This document shows positions 51,845 to 64,000 of a stretch of 64,000 nucleotides of DNA, one piece after another. Numbering within the stretch: position 1 is the first letter of the stretch; each line of letters starts with the position of its first letter. Under the pieces are notes generated by a model that was not told the DNA's origin, searched no databases, and was given only the letters and a program-made list of their open reading frames with translations. The position numbers were made by a program, and so were the translations under genes. The stretch comes from Chrysomallon squamiferum (taxonomy: Eukaryota; Animalia; Mollusca): assembly GCA_012295275.1 (NCBI GenBank), contig CM022677.1, positions 8,122,001 through 8,186,000 of the forward strand. The letters run 5' to 3'.

Positions 51845-54800
51845 GTAGTTCACTGTTTGTCTGTATGCGTGTAAAAATTACATACAATTTGTAAACATTA
51901 GTTTATTGGTTATGTAAAATGCCCTCGTCGCAGATTTGAGCTTCCTGCAATATTTTTTTTTTTTTGACTTTATCAATATTTTGTAACAACTTTAATGTGC
52001 TGGAATGTCTGTATAGAATGTCTTCAATTCCTGCGTAGTTTAAAAAAAGAAAGAAAACAGTATCTGGGTGTTTTTTCCCACTCTGTTTGCAGTCTTATTA
52101 GTAACTGTATATACTAACAGTTAGTTATTTACTACCAAATTTCTGTCATAATGTTGATATAATGTCACGGAATTCAGATTGCTTAACTTTAATTGTTACT
52201 TCAAATCACATCCGCTCTTTTATTTTAACTATGGAATTGAAGTTGCTTAACTTTAATTATTACTACAATCACATCGCTCTTTTTCTTGTTTCAGCAAATT
52301 TTTCAACTCCATGGCGTTGTTATTAAAAAAGGCTGGCTTTTAGTAATTAAGTAGAGAAGTAAGCGAAGGAAACGGTGAAGACGAGAATTCAGTCAGGCGG
52401 GGAAACCAAATGTTTTCCAATGACATTTTCTTTACGGACGAGTATGGTAAGCAATTGTCTATTCTTATTTTGATAGGGTGTAATGTGCAATTAATCTCTA
52501 TCAATAAAATGTAATGTTTTAATCTGTCCTCCGTGCAGATTCTTATTTTGTCTTGGTTCCCTTTATATCCTTACTCGTATCATTAATCAAAATGATTTAC
52601 ACGTATGTTTTATAATGTATTATTATCAAGTCACCTGTATATCATAATTAAATAATTAATGTAAATCTTAACTTGTATACAGTATAGTGGATAGGTAGAC
52701 ATTGATTTATATAGTTTGCTGTCATTTTAGCGTTTATATTCTTTGTTAGATGGCCACTAAAGCACCTTGTTACCCTAGACTGAGCCTTAATAAAACATCC
52801 AAGGTGTTTAAAGGTGTGAGCCCCGTGACAGTCGTCTCTTTATAACACTCCACAGTGAACCATCATAACACATTTCTGAACAGCTGTATTTAAACATACT
52901 CTAATTAATACGCATTGTAAAATTACCCGATTTATACCATCAGCCAGTTTCATTCATCTGCAGTCATAAGGCGAACCAGTTTTCATTTTTTGTCGTATTT
53001 CATCAGTAAAGTTTGTATTTTCTATGCAGCTATATTTAAAAAAAAGTAAAATAAAAAAACTTTCACTGCTATTCAGCTTGGTACAGTGTGACAACCTGAT
53101 TAGTGCCTCTTTGGCAGACTTGTTTTTAATTGCAATTTTGTTTTCTTTGTAGTGAATTATAGAAAATTCACTAAATCTTTATTTTTATATGCCCATTAAA
53201 GCAGAATGTCTCCTACATTTTATCTTAAATATCTTATTATATTACGATAATATTTATTTAGCTATCTTGTATACTCATGTTTATAATTTATATTTTTACA
53301 GTCGTTAACTGTTTGCCTAATTAAAGACAGAAAATGGTGGTATATACACAAAAACTAAATGTAGCGTATGCAGATGTACATGGGCTATTTAGAAGCTGTT
53401 TTATATAATTAGGGGAAGTTCCGTTATTTAATAAACTAAGAAACACTGGGGTTTAAGTAACTGAAAATTGGTATTGAAAGCTTCAAAGTAAATTCAGAAA
53501 GGCTATCTGCAGAGCTGTAGCTATGGGTGTATAAGTAGCGGCACAGGTTTTGAACGAAATCTCTTTGATCAGTCAGATTCGCTCCTTTTTTTCGTGAGAT
53601 TCGCTCGGTCAGATTCGCTCAGATTCGCTTCAAAGTTTCCGTTTTACTACACAAGGAATAATTGTTCAATTTTCTCACTTGGGATTGCCTTTCATTTATT
53701 CTTGCAAATTCGTTCCATTTGTGTGCACTTGATGCGAATACTTGGGAAAAGCGCTTTTAGGATTACGTTATACACGATCGCCAAACAGCAAAAGTAATTG
53801 AGATCTGACCAATCAACGACGAACTAGCGTCAGCCAATAGAAATCCAGTCTCAACAACAACCTGTCGACCAAGCAAATTCGAGATATCTCCAACCAATCA
53901 GAATCCACAGTCCCAACAGCAACCCGACGACGGAAGGAACAAGCATTACTGCCAACTACCGGGGATTATTTGTTTATCTGTTAAATTTCCCAAATTAGGA
54001 TTCCACTTCATTTGCGAACTTAGAACATTCGACATCAAATTTGGTAAGAAAAGGAATCCTGTCCTCCCAGCACGTCATAATCACTTTCCTAGCTCGAAAC
54101 TTTAAAACTTATCTCTCCATCTATCAACCTCAAACCCTCTCCCCCAGTGCTAATTTAAATAGATAACTTTGTTTATTGCTCTTTTTCTGTAGTGTCATTA
54201 CTGTTGAAATTTTAATTATATTGAATATTTAATTTATTAAACAAAAAAAAAAAACAAAAAAAAAAAATACGTGATGTAATACCCCCTGAAATGCTAACTA
54301 TACACGTGCCTCTATGGAATGAACTTTTTTCTTTGTTATTTGTTTCTCTTCATATTTTTATGATATCCAAGACATGAAGCTCTGTGACAGTCACTTGTTA
54401 GCGACAGGACAGACACAGTTTAGTGAATATCAGAAAATATTACAACAGACGACAACGTACAAATAACCGCATTACAGCGTCTGCATTGATACTACTACCG
54501 ATCCAACAACGACAACAACCTCAACCATAACAACAGCAAGAACTACTACAACTATTATTGAAATTACCGCCTCTACTACTAATTCCGCAATTACTGCTAC
54601 TAACACTGCTTGATACTTCTAATAATAATAAAAGTAGTAGTAGTAATAATAATAACAATAATATATGTATGTATGTATGTATGTTTGTATGTATGTATGC
54701 ATGTATGCATGTGTTATTTTATTCTAGTACAGACAAAATGGTTATTGGTAATTTCAATTGTTTTGCGAAGGAGTTTGACTTTTCATATAATTTAAAATTT

Positions 54801-55837
54801 CACTGCTACCTCTTTTTCTTTCCTTCATCCATTGATATAAAAGAGAATAAAATTAAATTAAAAATATAATAATAAATATTAATGAAAATAAAAATAAATG
54901 TAATAATAGTAAAGAAATAATAGAAACAGAAATAAAAATAGAGGGAAAAATGAAGAAGAAACGTACAGAAATTCTGATGACAAGGAAACATAGGGGAAAT
55001 GAAAATAATAAAACAATTAATAATAAATTACAAAAAAAAGAAAGACTGCAAACAAGTCAAGATGATAATGGAAATGGTTTGGGCGAAATTAGTTAAATAT
55101 TTTATATTGACTTTTCAGTAAAAGTTCTTAATATCTTTTGAAGAAGAGGAAGTAGCTAATAAAAATAAGTTTTTTTTTTTTTTTACTTTCATAACATTTG
55201 AGTCGACTTGCAGATATTGTTAGACTTTCCCCTGATGCAGTGAATTCATTTATTGACTTTTATTTCAAGTTCTAAAAATGTATATTTATGGAAAGAATGT
55301 AGAGAATGTACGGAAAAGAGAATACTGAAATAAAGAAAGAAAGAAAGAAAGAATGAAAGACAGACAGAATGAAAGGTAGAAAGATAAAAAGAAACAATAA
55401 ATATATCGTAGAATTGAAAAAAAAATGTTAATTATGTTAACTTAAAAAAGTTGATTTTAATGTAATAATAGTACTGATGATGATAATAATAATGACGATG
55501 ATGATCATGTTGATAAACAATTAATAGTATTCTAACATGCATGTTTGACATCCATTTAAGAAATGAGCCAGTTCACTGCCAAGTCAACCAAACAACAGCT
55601 AGAGTAGACACACAGTTTTAGTGTTGGGTGATAAAGAGTTGTCTGCTTCAGGGATCACTAAACACGTGAAGAACCTCACTGATTATTAATTTGGTGCGGC
55701 GACAATTATTTCAAATGTCGTGCATGATTTCATCTGCGTTTGCGTGTGTTTTCGTATTAAACAAAAAATGATGCCAGACAATAACTAACAACAACATCAA
55801 CAGCAGCAGAAGCAACAACAACAACGGCAACAAGACC

Positions 55838-55906
<69 letters not shown>

Positions 55907-56999
55907 CATAATAGTAATAATAATATTCATTATGATGATCAAGACGATTATGATAAATTCAGAAACAAAAATAAATTAATAATGGATAAATCAATAAATC
56001 AATAAATAAATAAATTAAATAAATCAGTCGTTTCCGAATGTGTGGCAATCACCAAGTTCAGTAGAGTTGTCTCCCCTAAATAAAGACAGACCATTGCTCT
56101 CCTTTTCAAAGAATCAAATAAATAATTATGCACACAATAACAGTCCTAATAACGATTAATATTTGCAGTTTCATTTCAGTGGATAAACAATCATTAGTTA
56201 AAATGCTCCGTATGACAGCTTAGTGGTTTTTTTCTACATTTTGTCGACGTTTATATCGTAAATACTTTTTGGTATCTAAATAAACGTTATTTAAAACACT
56301 ACATTAAGCAAGACTGCACAGATATGTACTTAGCCAGAGAGGGTTACGAGATTTTACTTGAAACGGTATGACTTTATTGGGGGGGGTTGAAATATTTATC
56401 ATGTTATGAAATGAATTATGAAATAAGCCTCAGTCTGTGGTGGTTTTGTAGAATGTTGACAAGTTAATTGAATGCAACAGAAAGAAAAGTGACATGATAC
56501 TGTGGACAATTAAATTATGTTTTTTCCTTTATTTATCCGCCCATCCTTCTGTCATCCATACATCCATCCATCAGTCACTCTCAGTCTGTCTTGGTGTGCA
56601 TGTGTTTGTGTGTGTGTCTGTCTGTCCATCTATCTATCTCTCTCGATCTCTATCTATCTATCTCTCTATTTACCTATTTGTGTATCTGTCTGTATGTCAC
56701 TCTATCTGACTTTCAGTCTGTGTATTTCTGTCTTTCTCTCTGTCAGTCTTTCTGTCTGTCAGTCTTTCTGTCTGTCTGTCTATCTATCTATTCATCTATC
56801 AAATCTGTCTCCATCTATTCTAATCTGTCTATCAAACCTCTTACTCTGATACATGATAAATTTTGCAGTTTCGTTCACAATGATGAACCTATTCTTCAAG
56901 ACAGAGATTTCAAATTCTCGTCAGCAAAACTTTCTGTTTTCATTTAGCTCGTGGAAAGATAAAGCTAAAAGTTTAATTTACTTTAGCTGCAAATAGATC

Positions 57000-59900
57000 T
57001 TCCCAGGCGGTTTATCTTTTACATTTTCCGTCTTCTTCCAACAGTCCGTCTCGCGACTGTTGGACGACACATTATTCCACACCCTGCTGTCTGATGAGAT
57101 CACCTTCATCAGGGCCGAGTCGAACAGCTCACTCATCAAACTGGGTACGAGCATGGAACTGATGCCCAACCCCATAGAGTGTCAAAAGGTGTGTGTCACA
57201 CTAGAGAGGTGTACAAAGGAACCTCATGAAAGGAGAGGACCCACACCCGGAAAACCCACAAATCCCGATACCCCCATCGGACAGGCTTACTCGCAGGACA
57301 AAACAAGCGTCCAAGCCATCCATAGACAAGTGGACAAGACGTGGCTTACGGCACCTGGGGGGACTACACCTTCACTGCAGGACCCCTAAAACAGACAAAC
57401 ATAAAAAAAAAACCAAAAAGAAACAGAAACTAGTCACGGAAACAACAAAACAGACACCACACAGAAACGATTTCTTAGCAACACCAACCAAAACAAATCC
57501 GACCACACAGAGACAAAAGTACAAGCACCGACATGACAGCCCCACGAAACAAACTCACCAACACTCCCCCAGAGTAGTAACCAACACAGAGACAAAAATA
57601 CAAGCACCGACATGACAACCCTACAAAACAAACTCCCCAACACTCCCCCAAAGTAGTAATCAACACAGAGACAGAAATACAAGCACCGACATGACAGCCC
57701 CGCGAAACAAACTCCCCAACACTCCCCCAAAGTAGTAATCAACACAGAGACAGAAATACAAGCACCGACATGACAACCCCACGAAACAAACTCCCCAACA
57801 CTCCCCCAAAGTAGTAATCAACACAGAGACAAAAGTACAAGCACCGACATGACAACCCCACGAAACAAACTCCCCAACACTCCCCCAAAGTAGTAATCAA
57901 CACAGAGACAAAAGTACAAGCACCGACATGACAACCCCACGAAACAAACTCCCCAACACTCCCCCAAAGTAGTAATCAACACAGAGGAGTTTCGCTCCTC
58001 ACCCTGACGCCGGGAAGACCCTGGCCAAGAGATTTCCTATAAACAAACGTATCACCAACTGGACGGGCAACCTCCACACCTCAACAAAACACCCCACAAA
58101 AAAACACCCACTACACAACACAAAGGGTACACGCAACACCAACAACAACCACCACAACAACAGACCACTCCTTAAGAAAACTGATAAAAATAAAATCGGG
58201 CAAAGAAACGACAAAACAAATACTAGAAACGCTAAAGAAAGAAAAGCCAGACGTGATGATTCAGAACTACTGGGATGTGCTTCTGTCTGCCACAACAGAA
58301 GCAGAGCACATCCTATTCCACCAGAAACAATTCAAACTGCTGGCCTTTGAGGCACACCCTATAAAATGCGCCCAGTGCCAGAGATGGGGACATAATATAA
58401 AAAAATGCAGGTCGTTGAGGGAACACCCAACTTGTTTCAGGTGTTGGGGCAGACACCCCAAGAAAACGCCAGACAACCCGTGCCGTCAACCCATCCAGTG
58501 AGCAAACTGCAACGGCCGACACCACACACACAGCCACCTATGTGCGGCCTACTAAAACGCACTGAAACACCTGGAGGCCAAACCCCCACACTCACATACC
58601 ACTAGAACCCCTCACTCGTCAACCACCCACTCGCACATACAAGCCCCCAGGACAAACAAGAAACAAACAGAAATGGAAGGAATAATTAAGAAAGACAGCC
58701 CAGTGACAACCCTCCAGCTACTTAGGGTTATCACAGGCCTATTCCTAGACGAATCTCTGCGGAACCCCAACCACAACGCCAATAACAGATCGGATGCAGA
58801 CATAGAGAAAGCCACTGTGTCAGCATGTCAGACAGAAACACCTGGGACTACCGCTGTAACTTGACACTGTGCTCACACAATCAGTGAATTACTACCAAAA
58901 CAACATCAACACCGAGAACACCAAACAAGTAAAATAAATGCAATCAAAATACACGCAACAGAACTAATCTCCAACACTACCAAACTCCGTCACACCACAC
59001 ATGGAAGACAAACAGCACACACACAGAAACAACAAACCTAAACCATCTAAAGGCCTCAACATCCTACAATGGAATGCCAAAGGCCTCAAATCTAAATGTC
59101 ATGGCGACGAACTCAAACAATACATAATCAACGCTAATCCTCACATATATGCATGAAACAAGAAACCTGGATCACCAACACACAAACACGGAAGAATCAA
59201 CTCTTCCAAAACTTTAACATTCCAGGATTCTTTGGCTTCTTTCACAACACTAACTGCACCACGAGAGGAGGAGTAGCAACTTATGTCAGAAATGAACTAT
59301 CCTACTCACGTATCCCACTAACCAATCACCACCCAACATAGAGACACTTGGGATAACAATCCATGGCCAGGCTGAAGACATTAACATTTTCAACTACTAC
59401 ACCCACCCAGGCAAAAATCACTACAACATAACACTAGAACACTACACTAAAAGCATTCCCTCTAAATATATCGACAACTCCATCATACTAGGGGACTTCA
59501 ACAGCAGAAACCACCTATGGGGATCCTCTAGTACATGCAAACAGGGAACCATCATCGAGAAAAAGTTACGGATCTTAACAAACACATATGTCTGAACGAT
59601 GGCACGCCAACCTTCCTATACAACACCTGGTCATGCCTTGATATCTGAACAGTGTCTGAAAAAAATAGCCTCTAAATGTGAATGGACAGTCCTCAACAAC
59701 CTCAACAGCGATCACCTACCAATACTAATCTCATACAACACTGAAAATAACTGGAAAGAGGTACCAATAAACAAACACAAATGGAACTTCACGAAAGCCA
59801 ACTGGACTGAATTTAAAAAGCAATGTCTGGAAACAGAACCCAAACTCATTCGAAGCAATAATATTGACACTTTTAACCAACATTTAACTGACAGAATAAT

Positions 59901-62700
59901 TAGCATTGCCTATAAAACTATTCCAATTTCTAATTGTAAATACAAAAATAATTCAGTCCCTTGGTGGAGTGAAGAACTAAAACTCCTTACAAAGGCACGT
60001 AACAAAAACTTCCATACAAACAAAGAGAAGGCAGCTGCTCTGGGAGATGTCTTTAAAAACAACTCGAGTACAAACAACTTTCCCCCCAAATTTCGAAAAA
60101 TTAAAAATAAACTAGAAACAGTCAACAAAATCCCACCTGATTCAAAAACCTCAGAAACGAAATATAATATTCCCTTCAGACTCCAAGAAATGACAGCGGC
60201 TTTCTCCGACTGTAAAGGAACAGTCCCCGGGCCAGACAAATTCTCCTACCTTTTCTTTCAAAACATGCCCACAGACATGCTAAATCTATTTCTGGAACTC
60301 TGTAACACTATCTGGAAGGAAGGATACCTTCCCCTCAAATGGAAGCATGCTGAAGTCTTCAGCCTTCCAAAACAGGGTAAGGACCTTTCCAACCCCTCCA
60401 ACTATCGTCCTATCTCACTAACGTCCTGTGTCTGCAAAACCATGGAGGCTATGGTCAACACACGCTTAACACACCTTCTGGAAAAAAATAATCTAATTTC
60501 GACCTTTCAAAGTGGCTTCAGAAAGAACCACTCCACAAGCGACCACATAACCATATTACAATCTGAAATCTCCGAATCTTTGTTTACTGGACAAAAAGTG
60601 GTAGGAGTGTTTGTTCACATAGAAAAAGCCAATGATATGGTCTGGAGACATGGTCTTCTAATCAAAGTCTACAACATGGGCATAAGAGGTCCTATGTTCG
60701 GCTTTATAGAAGCATTCCTGAAAAACAGATCCTTTACGGTCAATGTAGACGAAAACTTCTCAGACAGCTTGGATTTGGAGAATGGGATCCCCCAGGGTTC
60801 AGTTATCGCCTCTACTCTTTTCAGCATTTTTATTAATGACCTAGCACATACTCTAGCCACTAACTCGAAAACTGCAACTAAGCTTAGTATAGGACTATTT
60901 GCGGATGATACAGCCTTTGGGCGTGCTGGAAACTGTCTTAAATCAAAACAGAAATGCAAAAAGACTTAAATAACTAACAAAAATGGGCGGAAACCTTGGG
61001 AGTCACTATCTCCCAATCCAAGACTGTCACCATAACCTTTGGGAGAAAAGCTAACAATAAACACAATAAAATAGACCTACATTACAACAACACAAAAATC
61101 CCACACGTAAACGCAGTCAAATTCCTGGGAGTCACCTTCGACAGGTGCCTTACCTTCAAACAACACATCACCAACACACTCAACACATGCACAGAATACA
61201 TGAATTTACTGAAAGTGCTTTCGAACGCCAAATGGGGAGCTGACAGAAAATCTCTCTTGATGGTGTTCAAAGCACTAGTAGTGTCAAGACTCCAGTATGG
61301 GCCCCAGGCGTTCAGCGTGTGTCTGAATACCAACTAAACCCACTAGACACGGTATACAACAAGGCACTAAGAATTGTTGCCAGGGTCTTCCCAGGCTCAC
61401 CGACGGACAGTCTGTTTGTGGAACTGAACATGCTACCGCTGCGAACCCGACGCAGCACACAGAGTCTCAAACACTGGTTCAAAATCAAAAATCTAATCCC
61501 CACCCATCCTATAAACACAATAATCCCAAACAACCTACCCTACATCAACGACAGAGAAGCATCACTTAACATCACACACAGGACAGCAAACAGACTAAAC
61601 CTACTGGACCTAGAACTCGACAATAAAACAACTAGACATACCTCTAACGCTTAGACAGGAAGTATCGAAGACGGAACACGACCCATTTAAAAACGTAATT
61701 TTTGGAGCAGCATTAAGTGACCACTACTCGGACTTCATACAGGTCTATACAGACGGCTCCAAAGACCCTCTCACGGGAAGAACAGGCATGGCCTTTCATG
61801 TCAGGCAGGAACCACCCGACCCACCCTTCAACTACAGAGGTAGACTGACCAGCAACCTATCCGTCTTTACTACGGAACTAATAGCTATTCTCTCAGCACT
61901 TAAATGGATCCTAACTCACAATCACGAAAAAGAAATACCTCATACTGACTGACTCCCTCAGCTCACTGCAAGCTCAGCACAAACTCAAATTCAGCAGCTC
62001 CCAGTACATTAGAGAGATTATCGACATCAGAAACTGTATCAACTACAGAGAACACAACGTCACCTTCGAGAGGTTACCCGCTCACGTGGGTGTTACTGGA
62101 AACGAGCTGGCAGACAAAAACGCAAAACACTCGCTAGAAGACGACACGATCGACTTTGACTCTAAATACAACGTTAACGAAATCATGACCATAGCGCACA
62201 ATAAGCTAATAGAATGGTGGCAACAAGACTGGGACAACAAAACTAGACTATGGCATTACATAATTAAACCGAAAGTAAACTCGCCCAGCCCACTCTCAGA
62301 CAACAACAAAACAACTCAAACTTTAACCCGTCTCAGAGTGGGAGTGACCTACGGACTAAACGACAGTAGACACAGACTCGAAAACACTGTGAGTAACAAG
62401 TGCGGAACATGCCATAAACTGGACAATGTCAGACACTATCTGTTCTATTGCACGAAGTACGACAAGGACAGACGCAAACTAAACACAACTTTAACAAACA
62501 TCAAAGTCAGATTTACTCCAGTTGACATTTTCAACTCTCCCAAACACTTAAAAAACAAGTAGACAACCTCATAATGCGATACGTGGAAGTAAAAAAAATC
62601 AAAATATAAACATAGAGACAATTTCATAAAATACTACATAAAATAAACATATCCCTATCTAACCCCAGAACCAACTGGTAACCTCCCTTTCGACAGATTT
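57000..62700 (+). mobile_element. Near full-length I-group (I/Nimb-like) LINE, inactivated
   Basis: ORF1 zinc knuckles CAQCQRWGHNIKKC and CFRCWGRH. APE endonuclease LNILQWNAKGL, QETW, GGVATYVR, IILGDFN, SDHLPI. RT NYRPISLTSCVCK, QSGFRK, GIPQGSVI, LFADD. RNase H VYTDGSK, LPAHVGVTGNELADKNAK. C-terminal CGTCHKLDNVRHYLFYC. Multiple frameshifts and stops; ends are approximate. Confidence 0.93.
57503..57986 (+). repeat. 79-bp tandem repeat (6 copies) inside the LINE ORF1 region
   Basis: Unit starts at 57503, 57582, 57661, 57740, 57819 and 57898, with a partial copy at 57977. Confidence 0.95.
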
Positions 62701-62715
62701 GCGGCCAAACAACTC

Positions 62716-63060
62716 CAAAAACATACAACAACGCGACGCTAACAACAACAAAAACATACAACAACAACGACTCTAACAACAACAAAAAACATACAACAAC
62801 GCGACGCTAACAACAACAAAAACATACAACAACGCGACGCTTTTTTTTACAACAACGCGACGCTAACAACAACAAAAACATACAACAACGCGACGCTAAC
62901 AACAACAAAAACATACAACAACGCGACGCTAACAACAACAAAAATACAACAACGCGACGCTAACAACAACAAAAACATACAACAACGCGACGCTAACAAC
63001 AACAAAAAAAAAAACAAACGCTAACAACAAAAAAACCCAACAAACGATGCTAACAACAAT
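62716..63060 (+). repeat. 33-bp tandem repeat at the LINE 3' end
   Basis: Unit aaaaacatacaacaacgcgacgctaacaacaac; cgcgacgc occurs at 62856, 62889 and 62922. About 9-10 copies, decaying to the right. Confidence 0.9.
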
Positions 63061-63543
63061 GTGCATATACGCTACGAGATATTTTTGTTTCTCTTTTCCT
63101 CTCAACTCTCGTTATATAATAGTAAAACTAACAACGCGAATAAAACAAACAAATATAACAAATAAAAAAATATAAATAAATAAAACCCCAAAACATATAA
63201 AATGCGACGCTATATAACATAAAAACGCCCGATATATATGTATGTGTAACGATGTATATTTTTTCTTATATATCTATATATGTTACATAATATTTGGAAA
63301 TAAATAAATAAATTAATATAAATAAATAAACCCCCTCAAACAAAACCCTCAAAGTTTATTCCAAATTGCCCATATCAAATGCATATATTCACCGTCCCCG
63401 TCCCCGTATATAGGTATATATCCCTATATATCCTGTCCCCTTCCCCTTATGTATCCCCGTCCCCATCCCTTATGTATTCCCCTTCCCCCCCCTTTGGATC
63501 CCCTCTCCTTAACTAAAAACCCCTCCCCTTTATTCCAAATTGC

Positions 63544-63696
63544 CCCCTTCCCCTTCCCCTTCCCCGTCCCCGTCCCTTCCCCTTTCCCCTTCCCCTTCCC
63601 CCCCCCCGTCCCCTCCCCTCCTTCCCCTTCCCCCCTTCCCGTCCCCGTTCCCTTCCCGTCCCCTTCCACTTTCCCTTCCCCTTCCCCTTCCCCTCT
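63544..63696. repeat. Pyrimidine-rich (CCCTTC/CCCGTC)n tract
   Basis: About 150 bp made almost entirely of C and T on the + strand. Confidence 0.9.
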
Positions 63697-63960
63697 CCTG
63701 TCCCGGAACCCATCCCTGGCGATCCCAGAGACCGGATCCATGATAGGCGTGCCTGAACCTTGAATTGGACGTGGGCACGTAAAAAGAGTTTTCCATCCTT
63801 CCATCTTTGATCAGTGCCCTTCTTGAGAGTCTTTGTCTGCACAAGACAAAGGAAAACGCAGACAATGGTAATTATGTTTTAATGTTTTGTATATGTAACA
63901 TACATCTTGAATGATTGAAGATAGCTAAATCTATTACTGTTGAATTTTTCATAGTGTTAT

Positions 63961-64000
63961 TCTTTTTTAAATTAGCACAGACGAATAATACTGACAGCAA
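63961..64000 (+). repeat. Copy of LigB-like gene intron 1 sequence
   Basis: tcttttttaaattagcacagacgaataatactgacagcaa matches 51358-51398 (tctttttttaaattagcatagactaataatactgacagcaa). Confidence 0.85.

Noticed and set aside
63424-63865. Gly/Pro-rich ORFs on both strands
   Set aside because: They are products of the CCCTTC hexamer tract.

Overview
This is an AT-rich, microsatellite-dense animal genome window, most likely a mollusc judging by the 5S rRNA sequence and repeat types. It has one 200-N scaffold gap at 5573-5772. Most ORFs in the supplied track are microsatellite translations. The recognisable content is mostly duplicated gene fragments and decayed transposons. The left part holds a segmental duplication with two CAMSAP/Patronin exon fragments and an ankyrin exon (1-5.5 kb vs 14.9-20.6 kb), a C-type lectin pseudogene, a Mutator-like transposase remnant and a multi-exon LRR plus RRM-like pseudogene (26.5-34.7 kb). 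The middle holds an RNase H LINE fragment, a divergent 5S rRNA gene among rearranged repeat modules, and a decayed DDE/CxxH transposase with a C-terminal Spindlin-type Tudor-like domain. The right part holds an internally deleted hAT element with a target site duplication (TSD) and a near full-length I-group LINE. The most unusual feature is a probably secreted LigB/class III dioxygenase-like (TTE1956-like) gene. Its four exons are intact and phase-compatible and would join into a 308-aa ORF, but they lie in the genomic order 3-4-1-2, and another copy of its intron 1 starts at the right edge of the window. Family assignments come from motif recognition by eye; no searches were run.
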